Positions 22,217-35,829 are shown, counted from the first letter of the stretch. The stretch is 64,000 bases of DNA from Bolinopsis microptera (GCF_026151205.1 NC_087073.1:10202636-10266635); one strand, 5' to 3'. The notes: a model not told the origin generated them from the sequence alone. Translations and numbers: made by a program.

Positions 22217-25200
22217 TTGGTAAAATATCATCTCTTTTTGATTATAATGTCAGGGTACTTTATAAAGTCGAAATATAAACTGATATCTTCATTAATAAGG
22301 AGGAAGTTTCAACGATTTCGAAATCTATCCTTTAAAAACATTTCCTTGTGTTTAGGGAAGCATATCGGTCGATCACAGACTGAATATGCCACTTAATACT
22401 CATTCAAGTTGGCATTAAATTCATATATAATGACATTAAACTGTCGTGGCAAAGCAGAATTTGTTGGAAATCACGAATGAGCAAAATTCTCACCTTTCGC
22501 ACGTGCAAACTTTGAGCAGACGTTGCGTGCGCATCCAATATTGAATAGCCGTAAATTTTTGCATGTAATTGTTTTATATATAGCTTGATAAGCATGCAAA
22601 GTTTCAAAGTATTTTAAGAAGAACTGTAATCACAACGGCACTCTAAAGTTGACAGAAAATGACGAAAACAGCAATTTTCAGTGATTTTAGCGATTTTCTA
22701 TCAATTTGGGCGTGTCCCAACGTGTGCAACTTTTCGATTTTCAACTTTAAAACTAGCCTATGACACAATTTATACCTATAGGAAGCAGAACTGAGCTCCA
22801 CAACCCAAGGCATGGCCCAACACCAGAGAATACTAAATCGCAAAATTGACGTTTTTATAAAATAATTCTTCAAAAAAGCACAAACTTCAATGACGAATAT
22901 TTTTATGAAGGAGCAAGCTAGAAAAACTTTCTGGTAGATTTTCAGAATGCTTGAACAATTATCTAAGATGAAAATTTCCTCAGATTTTGAATAAAATTAC
23001 TCCTTAATGGTTTAAAATTAATTTTAAAAGTTATTACTTTGTCAAAAATCAAATTTTAAAAACGGTTAACTTGATGACGTCATCAAGGGGTGTTTATGAC
23101 GTCATATAATTTTTTTATACAATGTAAACTAAAGTATAAACAATTATTTGCAAGACCTGTGGTCGGAAATGGCTGTATCTTTTACACTTTTGAATCTATG
23201 GACAATTAAATACAGGCTACAATTGACTGGCAAAGCGTCTATCCCTGAATATATATATATATGTATATATGTATCACGACAATCTATCGTAAAACAGGGG
23301 TTCTAGAAAACCCACTTCCCGATGCTCCTGAAACCTGAAACTTTTTTTGCAGTCGATTTGGTCAACGTCTAGACGCCCTGAAAAATTTCAGAGCTTTAAC
23401 TCAATTTTAACATGGTTTTTAAGGCACCTGAATATGGCGATTTTGGGTTTTTTACCGAATTTCGTATAACACCCTCGACCCTGTTATGGGCTCCAAGTTC
23501 AAATCTAAACTGTATATATTGACAGAGTTCTTACTTCTTACTCGCCCCTCTGTCTCCCTCTTTCTTACTGACATAACTGGCTGGGTAAATATTAAAAAAT
23601 ACGTGGTAGAGAAACAAAAAAAAACCAATTTTTTTATTAATCATTCTGTAATCAAAAATTAATATTGTAAACAATAATAATGTAAGACAGAAAGATTTTA
23701 AAAAGATTATATATTTAAAAAAGATCCTGTCCTCATTTGAAGGTTCGATGGTTGTAGCGCAATGCACTACTGGGCCACGCCGCACATCAAATAATTGTTC
23801 TCGCAACCGGTATAATAGATCGGCGAAATGCACATCGGGGAATTGGGCCTCGCCTTGTATCACGTCGTGACCCACATTGTCGTTTTACTAATACAGGGGA
23901 GCCGCGCACGAGGGTCATACAATGTGTGACAAATTTCGACAAGAAAGTGGCGCACTACTTTGAAAAAATTTAAACGAGTATCACCCGTCTTTACATACAA
24001 CATAGCCATGTGTTTACGCGTACTGCGTGACGTTGCTCTAACCATGAACCAGAGCCTCTCGCTTCATGTGAAACAAGCGCGTCACGCAGTACGCGTAGAC
24101 ACATGACTATGTGAATGCGTGACGCACTTGTTTCACAAGTAGAATATCTTTGCCGCCTTCGGCGGTCGCGCGCTACTGCAGGCGAGAGGGATCTGGTTAC
24201 AGCAATCACCCGTCAAAATTAATGATATGGCACAATATTTACAGTTTCAAAGGTTTTTTGTAGTTTACTATATTCTACTTGCTAGTCCATCTATATTATA
24301 ATTTAAAGTATTATGTTTGTTTGCACTTGCCATAATATTTCGAGAAGAAATCGGTGCGCGCTTCTTCGAAGAAATTTAGACGAGTAATATCTTGGAGGTC
24401 TTCGCCGCTTCGATGCGCCGCGCAAGCTAGCATTCTTGCTTCGCGTCGCAGAGCTACGATCTGGAAGGGTTGACATCGTCAATCAATGATCAAGTAACAT
24501 CTGTCAATAACGAGGGTTATTTTACACACATGCACGTGCAATCATTGTTGGAACGACGCGACATTTTCAACATAAGGAAGCAGCTTCGTTTTGAAATCCT
24601 AATAAGAACAACAGTGATTTCTTTACGGGGAGACATAGGTGCGATAAAAAACTTTATAACAAGTTCGGCCTAAAATTTGACCATTGTTAATGATCTGGCC
24701 CGGCGCGCGCTACTTCGTAGCACGTGCCATCGTTTCGAGAAGAAATTACTTTGAAGAAATTTAGACGAGTAACGTCCGTCAATCTAAAATATGTAAATAT
24801 TTTAGGTTTGATACCGTTAGTAATGTCAACTGTCATACGAATCACAAAATGGAATAAGGTTCAAGGGGATTAGCTCAACATAAGCTTCCGTAACAGTGTT
24901 TCCCAACCCATCCTAACAGCTATATAAAATTGGTTATACATTTGAGAAAGCAACACAATATTAAATAATACTGCATATGTTGCTCTAACCAGAGCCCTCT
25001 CGCTTGCAGTAGCGCGCGACCGCCGAAGGCATTACGCGTATACACATGGCTATGTGAACTGAATATGCATTGTCAAAAATATAAAATTAAAGGGGTGGTG
25101 GGGTGATCACAAAATGTGATGGTCCTGTAACCTGTTAAAGCTTAACGAATCTCAACATAAGTTGTAAGTGACATAGGAAGGTGACAAAGGGGTGTTAATG

Positions 25201-25865
25201 ACATGAAGGGCATTTAAAGTTACACCAGGTGAAATGATGGCTCAAAATAAGGTAGGACTTAAATTGGTGGGACGGAGCACTGGAATGAAAACCTTGATCC
25301 TCAGAATTGAAGAGTCCCCTTTCGCCTAGGGGACAACCTTTAATGTGAACCTAGCTTATCTAGGGATGCATGGTTATTTACTGGGCGATTTAAAAGTTCG
25401 AGGTCACCATTCACTTTTCGAATCATTCCAAAACTGTTACAAATGTTTCTGTAAAAAGTTTCTTAGAAGTTTCTTAAAGTGCAAGTATCAATGATGGATT
25501 CCTAGTTTTGGAGGCGAAGGGTGCCATGATCACCATTACATAGCACCCACAGCATAGTACCCACAGCTGCTCCCCTAGCATCTGTATTTTCTTCAGAGGA
25601 ATAGAGCAATTTTAATTTCCACATTTTCAGAATTAAATTAGAATCGTGTTTTGCACTCATTGCATATGGTTGACTGGTTTTTTAGATTAGCTTCTGTCGA
25701 GGTGCTTCATAAACGATTCCCTGTTCAATTTCGGACTATACACATCAACTTAGTGCAGAACTAAGCAAGTTATAGAACTATTTCATACGTATCAAATTGG
25801 ATGTGCTTTCGGTGGAGATATAGCATGCACCTTTTTAATTTATAATATTTGTGACGTTTTTTAAT

Positions 25866-25992
25866 TACCTTACTCGGGAATATTATGACTGGGATAAAGT
25901 GGTGGGTTTTGGAAAATTCCGCCATATTTTTCCGGGTCATTAATTTTTCCAGTCATAAATTAACCCGCTATAATGTTCCCTAGTAAGGTAAA
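25866..25992 (+). mobile_element. ~125-bp MITE, TIR TACCTTACTCGGGAATATTAT (family with further copies at 26017-26110, 58853-58965 and 59617-59731)
   Basis: It starts taccttactcgggaatattat and ends ataatgttccctagtaaggta. The flanks tta|...|taa suggest a TWA-like 3-bp target-site duplication. Confidence 0.5.
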
Positions 25993-26016
25993 CTAATAGT
26001 AATACATTTTGATGCT

Positions 26017-26110
26017 TGGTGGGTTTTGGAACATTCCGCCATATTTTTCCCGGTCATTAATTTCCCCAGTCATAAATTAACCCGCTATAATATTCCCGAG
26101 TAAGGTAGTT
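26017..26110 (+). mobile_element. partial second copy of the TACCTTACTCGGG MITE (5' TIR missing)
   Basis: ggtgggttttggaacattccgccatatttttcccggtcattaatttccccagtcataaattaacccgctataatattcccgagtaaggta. Confidence 0.45.
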
Positions 26111-26116
26111 GCCGAA

Positions 26117-26425
26117 CCTCTGCATCAGTGGCGTAACGAAAGGCCCTGCTGACCCCGCTGTGCAGGGGGGCGCCGTCTTAGGGGGGCGCCAAATCGTCGT
26201 TTGAATGTGGGACAATTTCGAAAACTTAACTAAAGTACTAGCAAAACTGCGCGTTTTGCTCTAGATACACACTTTTTTAGAGATTTTACCGGCGTATTCT
26301 TTAAAATCACCTAATTTGTTCAATTTTAGGGAGGGGCACCAAAAGGGGAGGGGGCGCCAACAGGGGGGCGCTTTTTTCGGCAGGGGGGCGCCAACAGGCA
26401 ACGTTACGCCACTGCTCTGCATCAC
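26117..26425. mobile_element. ~300-bp MITE-like element, TIR tgcatcAGTGGCGTAACG...CGTTACGCCACTgctctgca, GC-rich core with GGGGGGCGCC repeats; ~250 bp upstream of the TEP1 start
   Basis: Inverted termini read directly. The interior has four to five GGGGG(G)CGCC motifs. Confidence 0.45.
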
Positions 26426-26674
26426 CCTGTATGCTCTTGCTTACAATATTTGAGTAAGAATAAAACACAGGATGGGCTGTTGCCAGAATATCAACCATGT
26501 TATGACTTGACATTTAAAGTATGTAGCAGCTGCAACCCTGTTAAGTTTAATCTGAATTTTACTGATCTTTGTTTTACTTAACAATATCAATTAATAGTGT
26601 ATCAAATTCTTAATTAATTACTTCTATTTACTGTTAACATATTATCATTTTAACAGAAATATGACTTTCTCATA

Positions 26675-29600
26675 ATGTCGATAAAAAACCCTTTATTGGA
26701 GGGATACTCCTCACAAAAGAATGTTAAACTGCTGTCATCTTCCTCTTTAAAGAGTAGTGTCTTGAAGAGATCAAGTGACTTAACTGATGATCCCTTGCTT
26801 AAATCGTCAAAGTTACTTCGATCAAGTGTCCTTTCCTCACCATCACCATTGCTTCAATCTAGGCCTCTGACATCTGTTGGCTCGTCATACTTGTCAACAT
26901 GTACAACCACAAGCCAAAATCTTACCAGCTCTCTTATCACTACATCTGTATCCCTCTCTAACCCTTTGAGTGACTTGGGATCACAAAATGTGGCTGACAA
27001 GAATACCTCATTGAAGCCAAAACAAATGTTACAAGAAGAGGTAACAGACAGCAAAAGTGGAGAAAGAACTGACTTCTCTGAAATCTCCCCATTTCTAGAG
27101 GGGGAAGATATCATACCTATACCAGTGACTGAAAAAAGTAACGTTATCAACAATTACTTCAATACTATTTCCAAAGCTACTATCAAACTCACTGAAGAAG
27201 AAGTGCTCAAACAGGACTTTATCAATCTTGCTGCATGCTCTTTAATCAAAGCTCCTAAACTTGACAACAAAGATGACAATGTTAGGACCGGACTGATAAG
27301 TCTTGGAGAGAAGATCATTCTCATAGACCCTGAATTCATTTTAAAGATGGCACTCTTTACAAGAAAAGTTTTGAATATTCGGGTCACTGCCAATTTTCTA
27401 GTTGCTTTTGCTGCATTCAAGAAGGAATGTCGAAAATACATCAAGAAGTATTACCAAGAGACCGTTGTTCTACCCTCTGATTGGATTGATGTTGCTGAAC
27501 TGTATACATCTCTTGGAGACAAGAACATTGGATTCTCTGCTTTACCTGTCTGTTTGAGGAAAGCTATGACCAAAAAGTTTCCAAAGTTTGACACTTACCA
27601 GATAGGGAAGTACAACAAAAAGCCAAAGAAGAAAGCAGGTAAAAGCAATCCTGAAGAATCAGAGAATGAAGATGATGAAACAAAGCTTTATGAAAGGCAA
27701 CATTTTACATTGAAACAGCTGATTAGAAAGATACATATAAGTGATCCACCTGACATAGTCATGCCTGTTCTGGGAAAGAAATATCCTGAAACCCAGGAGC
27801 AGTTCTACCGCAGTAGGTTGTCGGGTTTGTGGGATGAAAGTCAGGCCGGCAAGAGAATGAAAGTACCCACACCGTACACATGGGAAACTCAACTAGCTGC
27901 AAAAGGGAACAATAGCGATACTTGGAAAGAGTTGATTCTTTCAAGAAAACTACCTTACATGGCAATGCTGAGGAACTTGAGGAACATTATTCAATCAGGA
28001 GTGAGAGATAACATCCATAAGATTGTCCAAAAGAAGTTGAGTTCCCCTGAAGATGTCAAGAGGAGTAAACAATTCCCATTTAGGTTTTTGAGTGCCTATG
28101 CTGTTCTAGATTCTTTAGAAAGTCAGCCTGGAAAGAGCATTTCTTGGTCGACCACTCCTGATTTTGAACAAGAAAAAATTCTTGACAGTTATAAGGCTTG
28201 CTTAGATAGAGCAGTTCAGCTTGCTGCCATCAATAATGTCAAACCTATCAAAGGCTCTTTGTTACTTATGTTTGATTGCAGTATCAAGATGGATGAGCAG
28301 TGCTCTGCCAAAGGATTGGGCCTTTCCCGGACGATAAGAGAAGTGGCTGGTTTGATGACCTTGATGTGTATGTTTTCTAGTGAGCACTGTGATGTTGTAT
28401 ACTACAATACCAATGGTACCACAAGAGGAGAAAAGATTGAAACTGGGGGAGAAATACTTAAGTTCCTATCTACCTTTGTTAAATTTTCAGAGGCAGCAAA
28501 TGAAAGACTTAATACTGGTACTCACATGTCCATCAGTGATTGTTGGGCTGAAATAACCAGTAAAGAAAGACACTACGATACAGTTATTCAAATCGCACCT
28601 AACTGTGATGATTTCGATTCATACACAAATCTGTATCGAGAAAAGGTAAACAGTGAAGTCCTTTATGTCAAAATGAACCTTAAATCAAAAACTACTGAGT
28701 TAAATGACATGATTTATATGGCTCATAGGAATGATGTAAGTCTTTCTGGTTTCAGTGATCAAATGTTACAATACATCTCCGAAAGAGGCTCTGGAGAGTT
28801 ATTGTCAAATGTTGAGTCCATCGATAAGAAGTTCAATCTTTTACCCCTACCAAGACTAATGGCCCAGAGCTATGTATCACCTCTGGCAACACAAGTAAAA
28901 TCAAGAGTTGTTCGGATATTTGTGTCTTCAACTTTTCTGGACCTTGAACATGACAGAAGGGAACTGATGAATGTCATCATGCCTCAAATTAAAAAATTGG
29001 CAATGGAAAAGAACTTCACTATCCAAGAGGTTGATTTAAGGTGGGGTGTTACAAAAGAAGAAGCATCTTCAAACAAAGTGATTCTTAGATGCCTTGAAGA
29101 AGTGTCTCGTTGTCATTATTTCTTGTGTATCCTTGGTGATCGATATGGAACCACATTTGATAGCTACCCATTGTCTCCGAATGCAGAATTCTCGTGGCTA
29201 CAGAATGAACAACCTGGTTTGAGCATGACTGAAATTGAAGTAACACATGCCTTGTTCTATTCTGACTCGACCAAGCTTCCTAAAAAGAACCAAATATTCT
29301 TAATCAGAGAAAATGGCAGTAACCGCGAAAGAAAAGTTGATCGACTAATTGACACAATAGAAAACTACTCCTTAGAAAGTGAGGAGCTATACATCAGAAG
29401 ATATCCAGCAGCTGACATCAGAGATATCGCACTTCAGGCTCTAAAGGAAGTTGTAGTGAAAGATATCTTAAATGACGACAGCAAAGATCTCTCCGACGAG
29501 GAGATGCACAATTCATATGTAGAACAACAGGCTCTTCTGTTTGTTGGAAGAGAGAAGCTGGCAAGTAGTTTGGTTAGTGCTATACAAAGAGGGCAGATTG

Positions 29601-31700
29601 TGATGGTTACTGGTCCAGTGGGCACAGGAAAATCTGCATTGACAGCAAAAGCCTTAACTATGTTCCCTGAGGAAAGTAGAAGGAACGATTTTCATCATGT
29701 TGTAAAACTCAATGCCAGCTCCAAAGACCTCAATATTCTGCTGAACAGATTATGCTTCCATTTATCCAAAATCCTGAACGAAGAACTGGAAGATCATTTC
29801 GAGCCCACCAGTACGCTGTGGGGTCAAATAGCTAAGTGTGAAACATCCTTCAAGATACTTATTGATGGCTGTGATGAGCTGCTCCAATCACATGACTTGT
29901 TTTCATGGCTGCCAGACAAGATTCCTAATAATATTACTCTGATTTTTACTGCAAGTTCCTCGGGGCAGTGGAGCACATACTTGAACAAGAAGTACTCATC
30001 CCTCAATACATTCAGTGTGTCGAAACTTTCTGCCAATGAAAAGGTTCAGGTTACTAAAGAAATGCTAGCTGCTTACGGTAAGAAGCTTGAGGAGAAGGGG
30101 TTCAACAGTCAACTGAGTCTACTTTTATCCAAAAGAGAAGCCAACAATCCTCTGTACATTGATCTTTGCATCAACCAACTTCGGCTTAATGCAATATTCG
30201 AGAATCTGACACAGTGTATCCAAGAGCTTCCCCAAACTACAGAGGAGCTGTATGTAAAAATACTTAAGTTCACTGTGCAAGAAGTCTATGTTGTTGGTGA
30301 CAAGCTCCTTGCTTATCTCTACTGCAGTAAGAATGGTATATCTGAGTCTGATATGCTTCATTTCCTTCAACTGAAGCCTCTAGCACTGGCCAGCCTACTG
30401 TATCATCTGAAGCTTTTTATCCACATCGACCAGAGCACCGGGATAATGTCCCTTGCCAATCAGTTTGCTAGGAAGGTAGTTCAAAGGAATTGTCTCAATG
30501 ACGAGAAGCTTGTTGATGTTCACAAGGAGTTAGCAGTGGAGTACTCCGTTTTGCTCGGAGGTTGTCACTACACATCTATCAGAAAGGACGCTTATCGGAG
30601 CATGCTGTTCCACTACACAGAGGCTGGAGAGTGGAGCACTGTTAGTGGATACCTCTCTGATATGAACTTTGTTCGTCAGATGATTTACTTAGGTTTACTT
30701 CCAGACCTCGTTTCCTTCTTTAATATTGATGTCGCTAAACTAAAAGGAGTTGCCAAGGCGTCATATAAGAATGCTATGAACAAAGATGGTATGAAGCGAT
30801 TGCAACAATTTCTCATTAACAACAAAACGATTCTTAGCAAAGAGCCATTTTTACTCCAGCAACGCTTGCTCCTTTGCGACGATTACTCTGAGGACAAGAT
30901 AGAAAACGATGATGACTTGATGTTCAACAGTTATGTTGGCTCCTTTAAGTCTCTCCAAGAAACCAAGCAAACGTACAAGTGCAACATGAATGAACACTTC
31001 AACAGTGTTGTTACTTGCTTGGCTGCTTCCGATGTCACTGAGATAGTATTGGTAGGCTTCCACGACAGTAAATTCCAAGCAATCAATTCGGCTGATTCCA
31101 CCATATCACAAACATATCGAGGGCACACCGGACCTATTACCTGCTGTGGTTTCCTAACTTCTTCCAGGTTCATATCTGCTGGCTCTGATGGTTCTCTGAG
31201 ACTTTGGAGCTTGTTAGACTCAGTGTGTCTTGCCAAGATAGTGCCACATATCTACCAGATCCAGGATATCCACGTTAACGAGGTCAGCAAGTGCGTGGTA
31301 TCCGCTGGTATCGACAGGAGAGTAACTGTGTGGCATAATGATGTCATATTCGATACAATAGAGTTTGAAAATCCCATGAACTGTATTAGATTTATTGAGA
31401 ATGGAAAGAAGTTTGTGGCTGGCTCGTGGACGGGTGAAGTCTATGCTTATGATTTGGTCCAGAAAGTAAAGATCACAGTGAAAAAAAGCGGAAAGGTTCA
31501 TAAAAACTCCATCCGGGCACTGTCTACTGGAAGGAAACATTTTGCTTCTCTCGATATCACTGGAGTTATATCCGTGTGGGATCAGATGACACTGGATGTT
31601 CTGCAATCAGTTCGCCTAAACAATGTCACTACTATATCGTATGACTTTAACGACCATCTCATGTACGGGCTGAGCAATGGTATCATAAATGTCACATCAG
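26675..31700 (+). CDS. TEP1: TEP1 ortholog exon 1 (telomerase protein component 1 / vault-associated TROVE-NACHT-WD40 protein). It covers the N-terminal Ser/Leu-rich repeats, the TROVE domain, DUF4062, the NACHT NTPase and the first WD40 repeats
   Basis: The 1711-aa ORF contains LPYMAMLRNLRNI (Ro60/TEP1 TROVE signature). It contains RIFVSSTFLDLEHDRRELMNVIMPQIKKLAMEKNFTIQEVDLRWGV...LGDRYG (DUF4062). It contains IVMVTGPVGTGKSALT (NACHT Walker A) and LLIDGCDEL (Walker B-like). It ends with WD-like repeats (GHTGPITCCGF..GSDGSLRLWSL). The donor aca tca g|gttttg lies at 31700/31701. Confidence 0.8.
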
Positions 31701-31768
31701 GTTTTGGTGATATGAGCACAGTTGGCATCCCTTCCTCTGAGCAGTTACCTCTCTGTACTGCTCTTCAG

Positions 31769-31956
31769 ATTCAGGACTCTATATCGGATACTACTCAGGA
31801 AAGGTTCTAAAGATACAGTCCGATAATGAAATCGACACATTGACCCCCCACAAAGGGAAGGTAAATCAGATCACTTCCTTTGAGATAGCAGGGACTGGGA
31901 AGTGGAGCGAAACAACTGAATTTGTTGCATCTTGCTCAGACGATGGAACAGTTCAT
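31769..31956 (+). CDS. TEP1: TEP1 exon 2 (WD40)
   Basis: Acceptor ctcttcag|at, 68-nt intron. Translation DSGLYIGYYSGKVLKIQSDNEIDTLTPHKGKVNQITSFEIAGTGKWSETTEFVASCSDDGTVH, then gtaagt. Confidence 0.65.
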
Positions 31957-32126
31957 GTAAGTTCTAGAAATTAAATTCTTTGTTCGATGTCTGTAATATT
32001 TTTGATTAATAGAGAACGATGTCGTGTTCAATACCAACGTCTGAATTGCGCATAATCTTAAAATTTATAATCATGATTTCTTTTATAGTTATTATAATCT
32101 GATTTTTATTTATTTATTGATTTTAG

Positions 32127-32348
32127 GTTCATTCCATACACGGTGACAACGCACTAGAAAATGAACTGACCCCACATATTGGGAAGATTCTAGCACTCTG
32201 CCCCGGAGCTACTGGAGTTATGTTCTCTGGAGGTTACGACTGTGCTATAACCGCCATGAAGTTTGAGAAGGACAATCAGTCCAAATACCTCACAGTACAG
32301 GAGGTCAAGTTACACGGACATACAGCTCCTGTTTCCACGCTTCTCACG
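32127..32348 (+). CDS. TEP1: TEP1 exon 3 (WD40)
   Basis: ttttag|gttcat ... VHSIHGDNALENELTPHIGKILALCPGATGVMFSGGYDCAITAMKFEKDNQSKYLTVQEVKLHGHTAPVSTLLT |gtatga. Confidence 0.6.
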
Positions 32349-32542
32349 GTATGAGCTGATTGTTAGTTTCGGCGTGTTACCTTTAAATACTATTGACATC
32401 ACCGTGAACATAATTTTACAAATACATAAAATCCAATCTGCCTCATATCGAGCTATGTACACTGTACAAGCTGTATAAGCTGTCCGTCTGCTATTATCAT
32501 CAATCCAAATCTGAATGAGTTTAACATTTCACTCCCCCTTAG

Positions 32543-32759
32543 TTGAAAGAGGGTGACAGACTGATCTCAGGTTCTCATGATGGCAGTGTGAAGTTGTGGA
32601 ACAAAGCAGGAACATGTGTGTTCACTGCCAGTAACGCTCACAGAGACTGGGTCACGTGCTCAGCAGCAGCTGGTGGTAGCGCTCAGGTCTTCGTTACTGG
32701 TTCTAATGATAACCTGGTCATTCTGTGGAAACTGGAGAATTCTAGAATTTACCATACTC
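32543..32759 (+). CDS. TEP1: TEP1 exon 4 (WD40)
   Basis: cccttag|ttgaaa ... LKEGDRLISGSHDGSVKLWNKAGTCVFTASNAHRDWVTCSAAAGGSAQVFVTGSNDNLVILWKLENSRIYHT |gtgagt. Confidence 0.6.
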
Positions 32760-33098
32760 GTGAGTGTTCATTACTTTGCACATAATATCTAACCGTAGGA
32801 TGGCTATTGGTTGATGCACTGTTATTTCATGTGGTTAGATTGTGCGTTGGCCGTTGCTTGAACCATAAATATCTAATAAATCTGTGAAATGATACTAACA
32901 TCTATTCATGGTAATATATTTTATCTAATTACAACACTACAAATCTATTACATTTATTGAGTATAATGTAACAGGATGGAAGTGTTTTTACCAGGTTCGC
33001 ACTCCATAGTATGTAGAATTTGGTTCAATTCTAGATGAAAAGCTCTAATATTCATTATTCATGAATCATGAAATTCCCAACATGGTTATCTTATTTCA

Positions 33099-33190
33099 GA
33101 CAAGTTCCTTGGGCACACTTCTCCTGTAACCTGTGTCAGTGTACTTGGTAACGAGACGACTCCTATCCAAATGATCATTGGTGGAGCTCA
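33099..33190 (+). CDS. TEP1: TEP1 exon 5 (WD40)
   Basis: tatttcag|ac ... HKFLGHTSPVTCVSVLGNETTPIQMIIGGAQ |gtaaga. Confidence 0.55.
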
Positions 33191-33577
33191 GGTAAGATCA
33201 TATTTGGATGATTCTAGTCACGTACAAGATTTGCGTATTTGTAATATTATGTTTAATGCATCAAATTGATAATACAACCATTACGTATTTGATGATCGAT
33301 CATAAAAACAGAAATAAGTCTCTGAATATATTTTTGTCTCCTCTTTTTGCGTCAGTTAAATTGTAGTATTGTCCATCTGGCATCATGAGCTTTAGCAGGC
33401 GATCACAGACGAGTACTCAGCACACCACATTCAAAACGTTATAGAATAAGCGACGCTACAAACTCCACTCAACATATCAGTGCGAATGCCTGACGCCTGA
33501 CAAGTCTAGAAGTTTTGCTATGTACAAGTCTAGAAGTACAAGTCTAGAAGTTTTGCTAACGGTAGTCATATCCTCAG

Positions 33578-33691
33578 GACGGAACGCTTGTACTCTGGAA
33601 CAAAGATGGCAAGTTCGTGTCCTCTACAAAACCTGCTGAACGTGGAGTTAACGCCTGTACATTCTTACCTGGGTCCTTCAGCAGCCCTACT
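33578..33691 (+). CDS. TEP1: TEP1 exon 6 (WD40)
   Basis: tcctcag|gac ... DGTLVLWNKDGKFVSSTKPAERGVNACTFLPGSFSSPT |gtgagt. Confidence 0.55.
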
Positions 33692-34217
33692 GTGAGTTAA
33701 CTAATAACTTTCTTATCTACTTACTCAAATGATAATGATCCTTTATTAATAAAAGAACAATTTACTGTACTGAATTGTATTTTCTGATCTATTTTAATGC
33801 GAAAAACCCGATCCCTGTAATTTCACTATTATAGAGAAATTAAATGAACTTAAAAAGAGTTATTATGTGAATCAGACATAAAACTCTTTGTTATAATCTC
33901 ACAACTTTGAAATCTTACCCGATAACATGAACATGTTTTCTTATCAAATTATGCGTTCGATAATGCGGGACCTAATATTAAATGTTTAAAGCTTTGCAGA
34001 CCAGGTACTCGATAATGCGACCTAATATTAAATGTTTAAAGCTTTGCAGATCAGGTTCCAATATTTTCATATTGAATTTGCAATGTTACATTTAAATCCA
34101 AAATAACAGTATGGTCGTTCACATTAATTGCTTGAATTACCGAACTTACAAAAAGTTCTCGAATGCGTGTTTAGTTTTATATCACACTGATTTAAGAACA
34201 TAAACTACCCCAAACAG

Positions 34218-34428
34218 GCTTACATCGGGACAGTTGACGGTGAAGTGAAATCAATGAAGCCCTCAAAACTTGGCATAATAACAAGCTTCACACACCACAC
34301 AGCGCTAGTGAGAAGTGTGAGAGGTATGAGCGGGAACAGCGTGGTCTCAATATCAGCTGATAATACCGTACAGAGCTGGAGCTGGGAGAGGGGAGCTGTT
34401 ACTACCACCAAACTTCAGAGCATTGCAG
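34218..34428 (+). CDS. TEP1: TEP1 exon 7 (WD40)
   Basis: caaacag|gct ... AYIGTVDGEVKSMKPSKLGIITSFTHHTALVRSVRGMSGNSVVSISADNTVQSWSWERGAVTTTKLQSIA |gtactg. Confidence 0.55.
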
Positions 34429-34632
34429 GTACTGGCTATTTATTAGTTTACTTCAGAGCATTGCATGTACTGGCCATTTATTAGTTTACTCTATTTACGC
34501 TTAAAAAAGAACATCTAAAGATATGACGTGATACCCACCGTTCTGTTCATTATAATATTGTGATCGTTTCTATAACTATTACCGTGGTTGTTTGAGTCAT
34601 CAATCAAGGAATAAACCAATAATCAATTGCAG

Positions 34633-34836
34633 ATATAAAATACAAAGTTGACGCGGTTGATGCCAACGGTTCCCATTCGTTCCGGATCGGAGTGGTGGAC
34701 AAGACAGGTAGCATTGCTCGCTGGAAACAACAGGATGATGTTATGTGCTTTGACTCTGAAACTGAGGGCCCAAAGAAACTCATGGCTTTTGCGTTAATAC
34801 CCCCAGCAGCAGACGGAAAACAGGCTAGATTACACG
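34633..34836 (+). CDS. TEP1: TEP1 exon 8
   Basis: caattgcag|at ... DIKYKVDAVDANGSHSFRIGVVDKTGSIARWKQQDDVMCFDSETEGPKKLMAFALIPPAADGKQARLH |gtacta. Confidence 0.5.
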
Positions 34837-34992
34837 GTACTAAAAGCGTTGATTTTTCTAATTTCAGGATTCGTTGAATTTTTCGTTGAATGAAACAAAA
34901 ATCATGTGCGTTCAACTTTCTTAGAAGTTTTAGGATAAGATTAAGATGTCTTTAGGTACAAATACTAAGACTATAATATAATATAATTTCAG

Positions 34993-35139
34993 TTCCAGAA
35001 CCTCCTACTGGAGTCTTGAGGTGTTTGGCATCCCACAATTTTATTGTTGAGATATTCTCCGAAAACAGGAGAGTTTACCTCAGAGTTTACTCTACTGATT
35101 CTCCCGAGGTTTACATGAAAGAGATTCTGACAGACGCAA
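34993..35139 (+). CDS. TEP1: TEP1 exon 9
   Basis: aatttcag|tt ... VPEPPTGVLRCLASHNFIVEIFSENRRVYLRVYSTDSPEVYMKEILTDA |gtgagt. Confidence 0.5.
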
Positions 35140-35440
35140 GTGAGTTCAAAATTACCAACGCTTTGAATCAGACACATTATCTCGATTTTGTTGATTTGTT
35201 CAGCTTACTATTAATTTAACATATTGTACATAATATTCAACTTGAATATATTATACAAGTAAATATATATACTATTATATAGTAATAGTATAAACAACCA
35301 TGTTGAATATATAACATGTATAATAATATGTATAATAATATGTTTAATATATATTATAATATGCAACATGGTTAAATATAGTATAAATATAGTATAAATA
35401 CTATAATATTATTATAAAATAAATATTTATCTTGTTTCAG

Positions 35441-35589
35441 GTATTATAACGTATGCTGAGCTGACTGAGGACGATATCTTTGTGCTTGGAAGTGTATCAA
35501 GTTTCATGCATGTTTGGAACCTGAAAACAAAGAAGCGAATGCCTTCTTCCAGTATTCGTGCGTCCATGAATGGAAGAAATATTAAAGAG
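35441..35589 (+). CDS. TEP1: TEP1 exon 10
   Basis: cttgtttcag|gt ... SIITYAELTEDDIFVLGSVSSFMHVWNLKTKKRMPSSSIRASMNGRNIKE |gtattt. Confidence 0.5.
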
Positions 35590-35829
35590 GTATTTAAGGT
35601 CGCATTTAATGAACGAGTTTATTATATAGTGATAAATGACGAAGTATAATAATATAATAATATGTATATTATAGTGATAATTGACGAAGTATAATAATAA
35701 TATAATAATATGTATATTTGAGGAATCTTAATCCTCCTCGCATCCGTTAGTCTCTCTTGTATCAAATATTGGGCCACAATTATATAATCATAAATCTGAG
35801 ACTAGAACCCTCAATCTGGTACATTTCAG

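Larger units (their letters stand above)
13258..25006 (+). repeat. tandem segmental duplication, unit 2: A - [E] - X - Y (Y carries a ~1.75 kb extra insertion and a partial internal duplication)
   Basis: Same segment order as unit 1. The identical 61-72 aa ORFs at 12104-12289=23860-24045, 12235-12453=23991-24209 and 12715-12918=24470-24673 confirm that Y is duplicated. Confidence 0.6.

Noticed and set aside
26854-31606. Antisense ORFs inside TEP1 exon 1 (26854-27153, 27154-27444, 29434-29625, 30125-30370, 31220-31606 and others).
   Set aside because: They lie fully within, and antisense to, a strongly supported 1711-aa coding exon. They are typical shadow ORFs.
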